Of a DNA stretch of 62,847 nt, positions 53,835 through 62,847 are shown piece by piece. How positions within the stretch are numbered: position 1 is the first letter of the stretch; each line of letters opens with the position of its first letter. The notes under the pieces are model-generated. The model did no database searches. It saw only the letters and a program-made list of their open reading frames with translations, and was not told the origin of the DNA. The DNA comes from Patescibacteria group bacterium (GTDB lineage: Bacteria; Patescibacteriota; Patescibacteriia; SCPX01): assembly GCA_004298615.1 (NCBI GenBank), contig SCPX01000070.1:1-62847 (forward strand). Reading direction: 5' to 3'. Both the position numbers and the translations under genes were made by a program.

Positions 53835-54107
53835 ATGTTAACCAAACATTGTCCGATTTGCTTTGACGCCTTGTCTGATAAGACCAGGATGAAAGTTTTG
53901 GAAACCGTGAAAAACGGGAAAGAGCCGACTGTGGGGCAGATTGTGAAAAAATTCAGCCTGCGCCAGCCGACTATTTCTTATCATTTGGATGTTTTGAAAA
54001 GAGCCGGATTGGTCAGCTCGAAAAAAGAGTCGCAAAAAGTCCGTTATTCTTTGAAAAATAATCCGGCGGATTCAAATTCCTGCCTGTCATGTCCCATCAC
54101 GAAATAA
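53835..54107 (+). CDS. ArsR/SmtB-family transcriptional regulator preceding the suf operon
   Basis: LSDKTRMKVLETV...TVGQIVKKFSLRQPTISYHLDVLKRAGLV winged HTH. N-terminal CPIC and C-terminal CLSC cysteines. Confidence 0.8.
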   Translation: MLTKHCPICFDALSDKTRMKVLETVKNGKEPTVGQIVKKFSLRQPTISYHLDVLKRAGLVSSKKESQKVRYSLKNNPADSNSCLSCPITK

Positions 54108-54108
54108 T

Positions 54109-54855
54109 ATGGCATTATTGGAAATAAAAAATATTCACGCGGAAACTTCCGGCAAAAAAATTCTCAATGGAATTGCTTTGAAAGTGAGCCGCGGGGAGCT
54201 GCATATTTTGATGGGACCGAACGGTTCGGGCAAAAGCACTTTGGCGCAGGTCTTAGCCGGCAATGGCGCGTACAAAGTCTCAAAAGGCAGTATTAAATTC
54301 AGCGGAAAAGATTTGCCAAAATTAAAGCCGGAAGCGCGAGCCAAGCTTGGCCTTTTTCTGCAATTTCAAAATCCGCCTGATCTTCCGGGAATTTCTTTGG
54401 GAATATTGATCAGGCGCTCGCGACGCGCTTTGAATTCGGATTCCAAGAAAAATGATTTATTGAAAATCGGCGCGGAAATTGCCGCTAAGGCGAAGCTTTT
54501 CAAATTTGGCGGGCAATTTTTAGAAAGAGAAATGAACGGTTTTTCCGGAGGAGAAAAAAAGAGATCGGAAATTTTTCAATCGTCTCTAACGCCGTGGAAA
54601 TTAGCGATTTTGGATGAACCGGATTCAGGGCTGGATGCGGATGGCTTGCGGCTGGCGGCGCAGGAAATTAAAAATTATCTGAAAAATAACCGATCGGTTA
54701 TTTTAATCACTCATTCCCAGCGGTTGGCCAAGCTATTAAAGCCGGATAAAATTCATATTTTGCTTGACGGCAAAATTGCATTATCGGGGAAGAAAGACTT
54801 GATTGAGAAGATAGAGACAAAAGGATATGGTTGGATCGAAAAAACGCAAAATTAA
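54109..54855 (+). CDS. sufC: Fe-S cluster assembly ATPase SufC
   Basis: GPNGSGKSTLAQVLAG; FSGGEKKRSEIFQ; ILDEPDSGLD. Confidence 0.93.
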   Translation: MALLEIKNIHAETSGKKILNGIALKVSRGELHILMGPNGSGKSTLAQVLAGNGAYKVSKGSIKFSGKDLPKLKPEARAKLGLFLQFQNPPDLPGISLGILIRRSRRALNSDSKKNDLLKIGAEIAAKAKLFKFGGQFLEREMNGFSGGEKKRSEIFQSSLTPWKLAILDEPDSGLDADGLRLAAQEIKNYLKNNRSVILITHSQRLAKLLKPDKIHILLDGKIALSGKKDLIEKIETKGYGWIEKTQN

Positions 54856-54948
54856 AAATGAAAAGCGCAAAATTACAGCGCAAAATTCAAAAGTTTTAAA
54901 TTTTAAATTGTAGTTTTTCGTTTTAAGCTTTGCGTTTTGAGTTAATTT
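54856..54948. repeat. heptad-periodic low-complexity inverted module (caaaa words / ttttg words)
   Basis: gaaaagc|gcaaaat|tacagcg|caaaatt|caaaagt ... tgtagtttttcgttttaagctttgcgttttgag. Confidence 0.7.
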
Positions 54949-56310
54949 ATGGATACGAGCAAATTTAAACCAATATTTACGGCCGAGCATGGTTTATCCA
55001 AGCGTTTAATCGAGGATATCTCTTGGCACAAAAATGAGCCGGAGTGGATGAGAAAGCTGCGTCTTAAATCATTTGAAATATTTGAGAAAATGGCGATGCC
55101 GAATTGGGGGCCGGATCTCTCAAAATTGGATTTAAATAAATTGGCGATGTATATCAAGCCGGGGGCCAAAAAAGCAAAAGATTGGAAAAATGTTCCTAAA
55201 GAAATCAAGCAGGTTTACGATAAGCTGGGGATCCCGGAAGTGGAAAAAAGATATTTGGCCGGGCAGGTATCGCAATTTGAGTCCGAAGCCGTGTATCATA
55301 AATTGAAAGATCAATATGAGGCGCAAGGCATAATTTTTTGCGATATGGATACGGCCGTCAAAAAGTATCCGGATATTGTGAAAGAATATTTTATGACCAA
55401 GTGCGTGCCAATGGGGGATCATAAATTTTCCGCTTTGCACGGAGCTGTTTGGAGCGGGGGGAGCTTTGTGTATATTCCCAAAGGCGTGAAAGTGGATTTG
55501 CCGGTACAGACTTATTTTTGGATGAACACCAAAGGATCCGGGCAATTTGAACATACGCTTATAATTGCCGAGGAAGGCTCGGAAATTCATTATATTGAAG
55601 GATGCACGGCGCCGCAATATTCGGAACAATCGCTGCATTCGGCCGTGGTGGAAATTTTTGTAAAGAAAAACGCGAAAGTCCGCTATACCACGGTGCAAAA
55701 TTGGTCAAAAAATATTTATAATCTGAATACCAAAAGAGCGATTGTCGGCGAAGGGGCAAGCATAGAATGGGTGGGCGGCTCAATGGGAAGCGGGGTCACA
55801 ATGCTTTATCCGGCGAGCTTTCTGGTCGGCCGGGGGGCGCGGGCGGATCACCTCAATATCGCTTTTGCCGGTCCCGGACAGATCAAAGATACTGGCGCTA
55901 AAGTATTCCATGGCGCGCCCGATACTTCATCCACTGTCGTCAGTAAAAGCATTTGCCGCGGCGGAGGGCAAGGGATTTATCGCGGGCTGGTGAAAATCTC
56001 CAAAGGCGCCAAGGGCGCGAAAACTCATGTGCGCTGCGATTCGCTGATTTTAGACGATCAATCGATCGCCAAGACTTATCCGCATCTTGAAATCTACGAG
56101 CAGGATGTGAGCGCCGGACACGAGGCGACCGCCGGCCGCGTATCGGATGATCAGATTTTTTATTTACGGACACGGGGCTTGAACGAGCAGGAAGCCATGG
56201 CGATGATTGTTTCCGGATTTGTAGAACCGATTGTCAGAGAATTGCCGATGGAATACGCGATTGAATTAAACAGGTTGATATTATTGGAAATGGAAGGATC
56301 GGTGGGATGA
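54949..56310 (+). CDS. sufB: Fe-S cluster assembly protein SufB
   Basis: 453 aa with FEHTLIIAEEGSEIHYIEGCTAP and ATAGRVSDDQIFYLRTRGL. Confidence 0.94.
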   Translation: MDTSKFKPIFTAEHGLSKRLIEDISWHKNEPEWMRKLRLKSFEIFEKMAMPNWGPDLSKLDLNKLAMYIKPGAKKAKDWKNVPKEIKQVYDKLGIPEVEKRYLAGQVSQFESEAVYHKLKDQYEAQGIIFCDMDTAVKKYPDIVKEYFMTKCVPMGDHKFSALHGAVWSGGSFVYIPKGVKVDLPVQTYFWMNTKGSGQFEHTLIIAEEGSEIHYIEGCTAPQYSEQSLHSAVVEIFVKKNAKVRYTTVQNWSKNIYNLNTKRAIVGEGASIEWVGGSMGSGVTMLYPASFLVGRGARADHLNIAFAGPGQIKDTGAKVFHGAPDTSSTVVSKSICRGGGQGIYRGLVKISKGAKGAKTHVRCDSLILDDQSIAKTYPHLEIYEQDVSAGHEATAGRVSDDQIFYLRTRGLNEQEAMAMIVSGFVEPIVRELPMEYAIELNRLILLEMEGSVG

Positions 56311-56350
56311 TAAATTAAAAGTTAAAAGTGAAAAGTGAAAAGTTAAGGTT

Positions 56351-57574
56351 ATGAATTTTAAGAAAATTAGAAATGACTTCCCGATTTTAAATCAGAAGAT
56401 CAACGGCAAGCCGCTGGTTTATTTTGACAATGCCGCGACTTCGCAAAAGCCGAAACAAGTAATTGAAGCGGTTTCAAATTTTTATAAAACCGGCAACGCC
56501 AATATTCATCGCGGCATTCATGCTCTTTCAGAAATTGCTACGGCTGATTTTGAAAAAGCGCGGGAAAAAACGGCAGAATTTATCGGTGCGAATAATAAAG
56601 ATGAAATTATTTTTACGCGCAATGCGACCGAAAGTATAAATTTGATTGCTTACAGCTGGGGGCGGACAAATATTAAAAAGGGCGATGAAATTTTGCTCAC
56701 GCAAATGGAGCACCACGCCAATATCGTGCCGTGGCAGATTTTAGCCAAAGAGGTTGGCGCGGTCATAAAATACATCCCAATAACGAAAAACGGCGAATTG
56801 GACTTAAAAATCTTGCCTAAACTTTTAAATAAGAATACAAAATTGGTCGGCCTAGTCCACGCCTCCAATGTTTTAGGGACGATTATTCCGGTTGAAAAAA
56901 TCGCCAAAGCGGCAAAAAAAATCGGCGCGGCTGTTTTAGTTGACGGAGCGCAAAGCATTCCCAATATGCCGGTTGATGTCAGAAAGCTCGGTTGCGATTT
57001 TTTTGTTTTTTCATCTCACAAAATGATGGGGCCGAGCGGTGTCGGCGTTTTGTGGGCAAAAAAAGAACTATTGGAAAAAATGCCGCCGTTTTTGGGAGGC
57101 GGGGAAATGATTAAAGAAGTGAATTTTGAAAAGGATCCGATTTTTCAGGATTTGCCCTCTAAATTTGAAGCCGGCACGCCGAACATTGAGGGGGTTATCG
57201 GACTTAGCGCCGCCATTGATTATTTAAATAAGATCGGGATGGCGCGAATAAGAAAATACGAACAAGAATTGATTGCTTACGCGCTGAATAAATTTTCAGC
57301 CTTGAATGGCGTAAAAATTTACGGCCCTGAAACCGCTCACAAGCGAGTGGGGGTGATTTGTTTTAATTTGGGTAAAATCCACGCGCATGATTTGGCCTCG
57401 CTCTTGGACGAAGAGGGGATCGCCATTCGCTCCGGCCATCATTGCGCAATGCCATTAATGAAAGTATTGAATATTTCGGCTTGCGCGAGGATCAGCTTCG
57501 GAATTTATAATACTGGGAAAGAAATTGATTATTTCATAAAAGCATTAAAAAGAATATATGTCAGATTTGTATAG
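56351..57574 (+). CDS. sufS: cysteine desulfurase SufS
   Basis: YFDNAATSQKP, HRGIH, SSHKMMGPSGVGVL (PLP Lys), RSGHHCA. Confidence 0.94.
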   Translation: MNFKKIRNDFPILNQKINGKPLVYFDNAATSQKPKQVIEAVSNFYKTGNANIHRGIHALSEIATADFEKAREKTAEFIGANNKDEIIFTRNATESINLIAYSWGRTNIKKGDEILLTQMEHHANIVPWQILAKEVGAVIKYIPITKNGELDLKILPKLLNKNTKLVGLVHASNVLGTIIPVEKIAKAAKKIGAAVLVDGAQSIPNMPVDVRKLGCDFFVFSSHKMMGPSGVGVLWAKKELLEKMPPFLGGGEMIKEVNFEKDPIFQDLPSKFEAGTPNIEGVIGLSAAIDYLNKIGMARIRKYEQELIAYALNKFSALNGVKIYGPETAHKRVGVICFNLGKIHAHDLASLLDEEGIAIRSGHHCAMPLMKVLNISACARISFGIYNTGKEIDYFIKALKRIYVRFV

Positions 57575-57938
57575 GGATTTGATTTTGGATCACTGGAAAA
57601 ATCCGCATAATTTCGGGAAGCTCAAAAAGCCGACCGTTGAGATTAAAGAAGCTAATCCTTTGTGCGGAGATGATATTAAACTCCAAATCGTTGTTAAAAA
57701 AGGAAAAATTACGGATGTTAAATTTTCCGGAGAGGGCTGCGCGCTTTCGCAAGCCGGCGCTTCCATATTGACTGATGCTTTAAAAGGCAAGTCTTTGGCT
57801 GGCGCCCGGAGCCTGACCGAAGGCAAATTTCTCAAAATTTTGGGAATCAGTCCTAATCCGGCCAGGCTCAAATGCGTGCTTTTGTCGTTTATCGCTTGGC
57901 AAAAAGCGCTAAAACAAATAAAATTTGCGTTAAAATAA
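57558..57938 (+). CDS. sufU: SufU/IscU-like Fe-S scaffold (sulfur acceptor)
   Basis: LYRDLILDHWKNPHNFGKL, NPLCGDDI, GEGCALSQA. Overlaps sufS by 17 nt. Confidence 0.88.
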   Translation: MSDLYRDLILDHWKNPHNFGKLKKPTVEIKEANPLCGDDIKLQIVVKKGKITDVKFSGEGCALSQAGASILTDALKGKSLAGARSLTEGKFLKILGISPNPARLKCVLLSFIAWQKALKQIKFALK

Positions 57939-58005
57939 TATTTTGTGGTACAATACATATCATGTTTGCCGACCGGATAGCGGGTTTTAAGTTTTGGAGG
58001 GATGT

Positions 58006-58077
58006 GGGCAATTAGCTCAGTGGTAGAGCGTTCGGTTCACATCCGAAAGGTCGCAGGTTCGATACCTGCATTGCCCA
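58006..58077 (+). tRNA. tRNA-Val (CAC)
   Basis: gggcaat ta gctc agtggta gagc g ttcgg ttCACat ccgaa aggtc gcagg ttcgata cctgc attgccc a. Confidence 0.9.
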
Positions 58078-58105
58078 TTGTTTTTAAAATATTTTAATCA
58101 TTGTT

Positions 58106-58771
58106 ATGTCCGAAGAATTAAAACAAGATTTTCCGAGTCAAGACTCTAGTAAGCCAAATTTGCCGAATTTGAATGGTCCGGAGGAACCGGTTTTCAGGCA
58201 AGTCTGGCTCTTTCTTTTTGATATTATCAAAATAGTGGTTTTGTCTTTGGCCATAGTTTTGCCGGTCCGCTTTTTTTTAATCCAGCCTTTTTCAGTCAAA
58301 GGCGCTTCCATGGAGCCGAATTACCATGACGGCGAATATTTGATCGTTGATGAAATATCGTATCGTTTCCGCGAGCCCGAGCGCGGAGAAGTGGTCGTCT
58401 TGCATCCGAAGCTGCAATCTGATTTTTACATCAAGCGGATCATCGGTTTGCCGCGCGAAACGATAGACATTGAAAACGGACAGGTGAAAATCAGCAATGC
58501 CGAACATCCGGACGGATTTATTTTAAAAGAGCCGTATTTGGAAGAATCTTTGGTGACGAGCGGTTTTTCACACCGGGTTTTGGAAGACAATGAATATTTT
58601 GTAATGGGAGACAATCGGGGGGCGTCTTTAGATTCGCGCGCCATCGGGCCGATCCCCAAGAAAAATATAATCGGCCGCGCCTGGGTGCGCGCCTGGCCCG
58701 TGGATCGGGCGGCAATATTTTCCCCGCCGGCTTATCAATATAATCTTAATAATGCGAATATAACTCCTTAA
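58106..58771 (+). CDS. lepB: signal peptidase I
   Basis: VKGASMEPNY (Ser), YIKRIIGLPRETI (Lys), FVMGDNRGASLDSR. Confidence 0.92.
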   Translation: MSEELKQDFPSQDSSKPNLPNLNGPEEPVFRQVWLFLFDIIKIVVLSLAIVLPVRFFLIQPFSVKGASMEPNYHDGEYLIVDEISYRFREPERGEVVVLHPKLQSDFYIKRIIGLPRETIDIENGQVKISNAEHPDGFILKEPYLEESLVTSGFSHRVLEDNEYFVMGDNRGASLDSRAIGPIPKKNIIGRAWVRAWPVDRAAIFSPPAYQYNLNNANITP

Positions 58772-58782
58772 ATAAATTTATT

Positions 58783-60105
58783 ATGCGCAAACCAAAACCG
58801 AAATCTTATCAGCTTATTCGCGGAATGAAAGATATCCTGCCGCAGGAAGAAGCGCGCTGGGACCTGATCAATAAAACGGCCGAAAAGCTCGCGCGGTCTT
58901 TCGGATACGAATATATTGAAACGCCGATTTTGGAAGACACCAATCTTTTCGTCCGTTCCGTGGGCGAGCATTCGGATATCGTGGAAAAGGAAATGTTTTC
59001 TTTTACCGACAAAGGCGGGGACAATGTGTCAATGCGCCCCGAAGGCACAGCGCCAATTATCCGATCATACATTGAGCACGGAATGATCAGGGAAATGCAG
59101 CCGGTGCGCGTGTGGTACAATGGGCCGTTCTTCCGTTATGATCGGCCCCAAGCCGGCCGCTATCGGCAATTTCATCAGTTCGGCTTTGAAGCGATCGGCG
59201 AAATTGATCCGATCATTGACGCGGAGATTCTTTTGATGACCAACCAATTTTTCAAAAAGCTGGGGATTCCCGTATCAATCCAGATCAATTCCAACGGCCA
59301 TCCGGAATGCCGCGCGAAATTCGTAAAAGCTTTTCAAGAGTACGCGCGCTCCAAGCGCACTATGCTTTGCGAAGACTGTAAAAAACGCTTGCTAAAAAAT
59401 CCGATGCGCATAATTGATTGCAAAGAAGAAGGCTGTCAGACTGTCGCGTCTTCGGGTCCGCAAATCGTGGATCACCTTTGCGAAGATTGCCGCACGCACT
59501 TTACGCGCGTTTTGGAATATTGCGACGAAGTGAATATTCCCTATGTTCTTAATCCGCGGATCGTGCGCGGTTTGGATTATTACACCAAAACCACTTTTGA
59601 AGTCTGGGCCGAAGGAGAGCAGGAAGCGTCTCAAATGTCTTTGGGCGGCGGCGGCCGTTATGACGGATTGGCCGAAGATTTGGGCGGCCGGCCCACACCG
59701 GCCATTGGAGCGGCTCTGGGCTTGGAAAGAATCAGCCTCAAGCTCATTGACAGGCAGATTCAAAAGGAGCGACCTGATATTTTTATCGCTCAATTGGGAG
59801 AAAAAGCGCGGCGCAAATGCCTCGGCCTAATTGATGCTCTTACCAGCGAAGGAATGTCAGTGGTGTCGGCTCTTTCCAGAAGCAATCTTAAAAATCAGTT
59901 GGAAATAGCCAATAAAAAAGCGGCTAAATTCGTGCTGATTCTCGGTCAAAAGGAAATAGTGGACGAAACAATAATGCTGCGCGATATGGACGCGGGCGCC
60001 CAGGAGCTTTTGGATTTCAAGAAAGCGGTGGAAGAAGTTAAAAAGCGCGTGCAAGCCTACGGCGTACTGGTAAAGGATCTGAAAGAAAGCGGCTTGACAA
60101 AATAA
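58783..60105 (+). CDS. hisS: histidine--tRNA ligase
   Basis: GMKDILP, MRPEGTAP, FRYDRPQAGRYRQFHQ, GGGGRYDGL. Confidence 0.95.
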   Translation: MRKPKPKSYQLIRGMKDILPQEEARWDLINKTAEKLARSFGYEYIETPILEDTNLFVRSVGEHSDIVEKEMFSFTDKGGDNVSMRPEGTAPIIRSYIEHGMIREMQPVRVWYNGPFFRYDRPQAGRYRQFHQFGFEAIGEIDPIIDAEILLMTNQFFKKLGIPVSIQINSNGHPECRAKFVKAFQEYARSKRTMLCEDCKKRLLKNPMRIIDCKEEGCQTVASSGPQIVDHLCEDCRTHFTRVLEYCDEVNIPYVLNPRIVRGLDYYTKTTFEVWAEGEQEASQMSLGGGGRYDGLAEDLGGRPTPAIGAALGLERISLKLIDRQIQKERPDIFIAQLGEKARRKCLGLIDALTSEGMSVVSALSRSNLKNQLEIANKKAAKFVLILGQKEIVDETIMLRDMDAGAQELLDFKKAVEEVKKRVQAYGVLVKDLKESGLTK

Positions 60106-60174
60106 GGATTTTACCCCATATTTAATCGGATTAATATTATAACTTATTTAACTTAAAGAAAGGTAGGTGAATCA

Positions 60175-60480
60175 ATGGCAGTAGAGGTAAAACGCAAACA
60201 GACTGAATCAATGGAGGCTTTTATGCGCCGTTTTAGCAAACGGATGATGGAAAGCCGCGTCTTGATAAATTTAAAGAAAAGGAGATTTTACGAAGAGCCG
60301 AAAAGCGACGCGATCCGCCGAGCCAGCGCCATTCGCAGGAAGAAATTATCCGAAGAAAAGGAATATCTCCGCAAAATCGGCAAACTCCCTTTGGAATTCC
60401 AGGGCAAGTCCGGAAAATTTTTCCGGCCCCAGAAAAAAGGAACGGCCAGCCGCATTTCGGTGCGGAGCAATGCAAAATAA
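60175..60480 (+). CDS. rpsU: 30S ribosomal protein S21 with a C-terminal basic extension
   Basis: ESMEAFMRRFSKRMMESRVLINLKKRRFYEEPKSDAIRR resembles S21. At 101 aa it is longer than the usual approximately 60-70 aa. Confidence 0.8.
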   Translation: MAVEVKRKQTESMEAFMRRFSKRMMESRVLINLKKRRFYEEPKSDAIRRASAIRRKKLSEEKEYLRKIGKLPLEFQGKSGKFFRPQKKGTASRISVRSNAK

Positions 60481-60483
60481 TTT

Positions 60484-60933
60484 ATGACTCTTCGCGAAAA
60501 TCTTGATGCCGATTTCAAATCGGCGCTCAAAGAAAAAAACGAATTAAAGCTGTCCGTCGTCAGAATGATAAAAGCCGCCCTGATGAACGCGGAAATATCC
60601 TCCGGCGGCAAGGGTAGCTTTGATGATGCAAAAATTTTTGACATAATCCGCAAGGAGGCCAAAAAGCGGAACGATTCAATCGCGGCTTATGAGCAAGGCG
60701 GGCGTAATGACTTAGCGGAAAAAGAAAAGCAGGAATTGGCGATTTTGCAAAATTATCTTCCCCAAGCCATGGCCGAAGATGAGATAAAAGCGCTGGTTCA
60801 AAAAACAATAGCGGATTTGGGTGCGGGCAGTACTGCGGATTTCGGGAAAGTGATGAAAGAAGCGGTGGCGCGCGCCGAGGGCAGGGCGGACGGGAAAATA
60901 ATCAGCCGGATTGTCAAGGATCTCCTGGCATAA
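60484..60933 (+). CDS. GatB/YqeY domain protein
   Basis: LKEKNELKLSVVRMIKAAL...AKKRNDSIAAYEQGGRNDLAEKEKQELAILQNYLP. Confidence 0.85.
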   Translation: MTLRENLDADFKSALKEKNELKLSVVRMIKAALMNAEISSGGKGSFDDAKIFDIIRKEAKKRNDSIAAYEQGGRNDLAEKEKQELAILQNYLPQAMAEDEIKALVQKTIADLGAGSTADFGKVMKEAVARAEGRADGKIISRIVKDLLA

Positions 60934-60964
60934 AACAATTTTCAAATCAGAAAATCCGCCTCGC

Positions 60965-61906
60965 TTATCGGGGCGGATTTTCAATTGCGGCAAATCGCGT
61001 GCGGCTGGAAAGATCTTTAATGAATTCTGTCGCGCTTTGAGGAAGAGATGCTTTTACGATTTTTAAAAATTCGTTTTTTTGGCCGGGAGCGATTTCGCAA
61101 ATTGCGGCGAATGGATTATTTTGCAATTTGGCTAATTGTTTAAAAAAGCTGCGATAAACATCAAGCCCGTCTTTGCCTCCGTCCAGAGCCTGGCGCGGCT
61201 CGTATCGCACTTCCGGCTGAAGATTTTTCATTTCTTTTGAGGTGAGATAGGGGAGGTTGGCGAGGAATATCTTGTATCTCGCATCTTGAATCTTGTATCT
61301 TTTGCGTTGGGTTGATTTGAGATATGGTTGTATGAGATTGCCGTGGAGGAATTGGATATGTTCGTTGACGCCTAGGCGCTTGGCGTTTTCTTGCGCGATT
61401 ATCAAAGATTTTTTTGATTTATCAACGGCAAAGAATGCAATATCATTCATGATGCGAGATCCAAGAATTGTTTTGGCAAGCGATAATATGATTGCGCCGG
61501 AGCCGGTGCCGATATCAATGATATCTATTTTATCAATTCCCGTCTGTCGAATCTCATTTATTTCTTTTAAAGCCAGATCAATCAAACCTTCGGTTTCGGG
61601 GCGGGGAATGAGGACATTTTTATTAACAAAAAATGCCAGGCCGTAAAATTCTTTAACCCCGATTATATAAGCCAAAGGCAAGCGTTTTGCCCGGCGCTTT
61701 ATAAAATTTGCGAAATTGCCTTTTTCAGATCGTGAAAGCGCGTATTCCGGATGAGTATAAATAAATTCGCGAGGCTTTCGGATGGCCGCGGATAAAATCA
61801 GTTCGCTTTCCGGGTCGGACTGCTCTATTTTGGCTTTTTTAAGGATTTTTCGGCCCTGCTCCAAGACATCTTGCATGGTCAGTCCCGACCCCTTGACAAA
61901 TTTCAT
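60965..61906 (-). CDS. prmC: release factor glutamine N5-methyltransferase PrmC/HemK
   Basis: IIDIGTGSGAIILSLA (motif I) and ANLPYL (NPPY-type motif). Contains an embedded caagata-type heptad stretch at 61268-61302. Confidence 0.82.
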   Translation of the reverse strand: MKFVKGSGLTMQDVLEQGRKILKKAKIEQSDPESELILSAAIRKPREFIYTHPEYALSRSEKGNFANFIKRRAKRLPLAYIIGVKEFYGLAFFVNKNVLIPRPETEGLIDLALKEINEIRQTGIDKIDIIDIGTGSGAIILSLAKTILGSRIMNDIAFFAVDKSKKSLIIAQENAKRLGVNEHIQFLHGNLIQPYLKSTQRKRYKIQDARYKIFLANLPYLTSKEMKNLQPEVRYEPRQALDGGKDGLDVYRSFFKQLAKLQNNPFAAICEIAPGQKNEFLKIVKASLPQSATEFIKDLSSRTRFAAIENPPR

Positions 61907-62105
61907 AAGATGAAGTATATTGTATTATTACCAATAAAAACAGCATTTTTTAAAGAAATAAAGCCTTTTTCATCGTCCTTCCGCGCAGGTTGCTGAGATT
62001 TGTGCAACCCCTCCTACGCGCGAATCAAGGCATTAGTCGGAAGAGTAATCCGCCTACGGCGGATTGCGATCTCTGCGCTTGCCGGAAGGGCGAGGGAAAA
62101 GGAAC

Positions 62106-62687
62106 CTAACTATTATACAAATTCATCGCTTTTGAGAAGCTGTCGGCGCAGGCCATGGCAAGCGCTTGTTCGCAATTTTTAAAAATTTCCGGCAATTTTA
62201 TCTGTTCTTCTTTGGAAAATTTTTTCAAGACGAATGTTTTGGCGTCAGGGATTTTTTTGTGATTGGGATTGATGCCGATCCGCAGGCGAGATATATTTTC
62301 CGTGCCGATTTGCTGGATTATTGACTGGACGCCTTTGTGTCCGCCCGATGATCCGCCGAGCCGCAATCTGATGTTTCCAAAAGGCAAATCAATGTCGTCA
62401 TAAGCGATAATGCAATCGCCAGTTTTTATTTTATAAAAGAAAAGCGCGGCTTTTACGGACATCCCCGATTCGTTCATAAAGGTCTGCGGCTTTAGCAGAA
62501 TTATTTTTTTGCGTCCGATTTTTCCTTCGGATGCTTCCGCATTGAATTTTTTGACAAACGACCAATTTCCAAAGCGTAAATCTTTTCCCCAATGATCGCG
62601 CGCAAAATCAAGCGCCATAAAGCCGGCATTATGGCGGGTATGTTCGTAAGTATCTCCCGGATTGCCCAGACCGATGATGATTTTCAT
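62106..62687 (-). CDS. pth: peptidyl-tRNA hydrolase
   Basis: MKIIIGLGNPGDTYEHTRHNAGF; GGHKGVQSI. Confidence 0.94.
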   Translation of the reverse strand: MKIIIGLGNPGDTYEHTRHNAGFMALDFARDHWGKDLRFGNWSFVKKFNAEASEGKIGRKKIILLKPQTFMNESGMSVKAALFFYKIKTGDCIIAYDDIDLPFGNIRLRLGGSSGGHKGVQSIIQQIGTENISRLRIGINPNHKKIPDAKTFVLKKFSKEEQIKLPEIFKNCEQALAMACADSFSKAMNLYNS

Positions 62688-62703
62688 AAACTAAAAGATA
62701 CGA

Positions 62704-62847
62704 TTATTTTGATTCCGGCTTGGCGTTTATAATAATCGGCGATCCTTCAAATCCGAATTGCTCGCGGATGCGATTTTCCACATAAGCGTAAAACGATCCG
62801 GGCAACTTTTTCTTGGTTTGGACATTTATTTCAAAGGTCGGCGGAGT
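62704..62847 (-). CDS. der: C-terminal end of ribosome-associated GTPase Der/EngA (partial; rest outside window)
   Basis: The minus frame reads TPPTFEINVQTKKKLPGSFYAYVENRIREQFGFEGSPIIINAKPESK*, matching the Der KH-like C-terminus (PPTF...Y.RYL.N..R..F.F.G.PI). Confidence 0.75.
   Translation of the reverse strand, partial: TPPTFEINVQTKKKLPGSFYAYVENRIREQFGFEGSPIIINAKPESK

Noticed and set aside
62078-62092. SRP RNA domain IV (CC-GGAA-GG tetraloop)
   Set aside because: The conserved AGCA/GGAA symmetric-loop context is absent. The GGAA lies in a closing helix, not in an apical loop.

Overview
62.8-kb fragment of a small-genome bacterium. I infer CPR/Patescibacteria-like from gene content: split transketolase, short b-delta ATP synthase fusion, pilin-like and giant surface proteins, sparse metabolism. 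The genetic code looks standard, since RF2 with its TGA frameshift site is present. Most genes are plus-strand housekeeping genes: ftsA-ftsZ, nrdR-nrdJ, a cobalamin riboswitch with candidate B12-uptake genes, htrA, prfB, atpE-F(H)-A-G-D-C, dnaG-rpoD, an SPFH pair, tRNA-Asn, hup, a pilin-like gene and a 1843-aa adhesin, a sugar-phosphate block (rpiB, rpe-like, tkt halves, PfkB kinase, dehydrogenase, fba), the suf operon, tRNA-Val, lepB, hisS and rpsU. prmC, pth and der lie on the minus strand. There are two accessory regions. (i) 46.18-48.26 kb holds a 398-aa IS110/Nop-like minus-strand gene with arrays of 11 hairpin units on both sides. The outer stems of these units are conserved or covary. 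Their interiors follow a fixed plan: GA, 10 variable nt, a small inner stem-loop, GA, 10 variable nt. I read this as a dual-guide RNA array, either TIGR-Tas-like or a new relative, and it is the main finding. (ii) 50.40-53.69 kb is an AT-rich island (EcoRI-type N6A methyltransferase, Bro-N/DinD-like protein, DUF262-HNH GmrSD-like nuclease) bounded by a near-identical duplicated terminator. Other observations: heptad-periodic low-complexity inverted modules in most intergenic spacers, two adjacent disrupted genes (apbE frameshift, in-frame TAA), degenerate tRNA-Asn copies, an rpe-like gene with no canonical start codon, and two ORF-free structured regions. All calls come from reading the sequence and ORF translations by eye; no searches were run.
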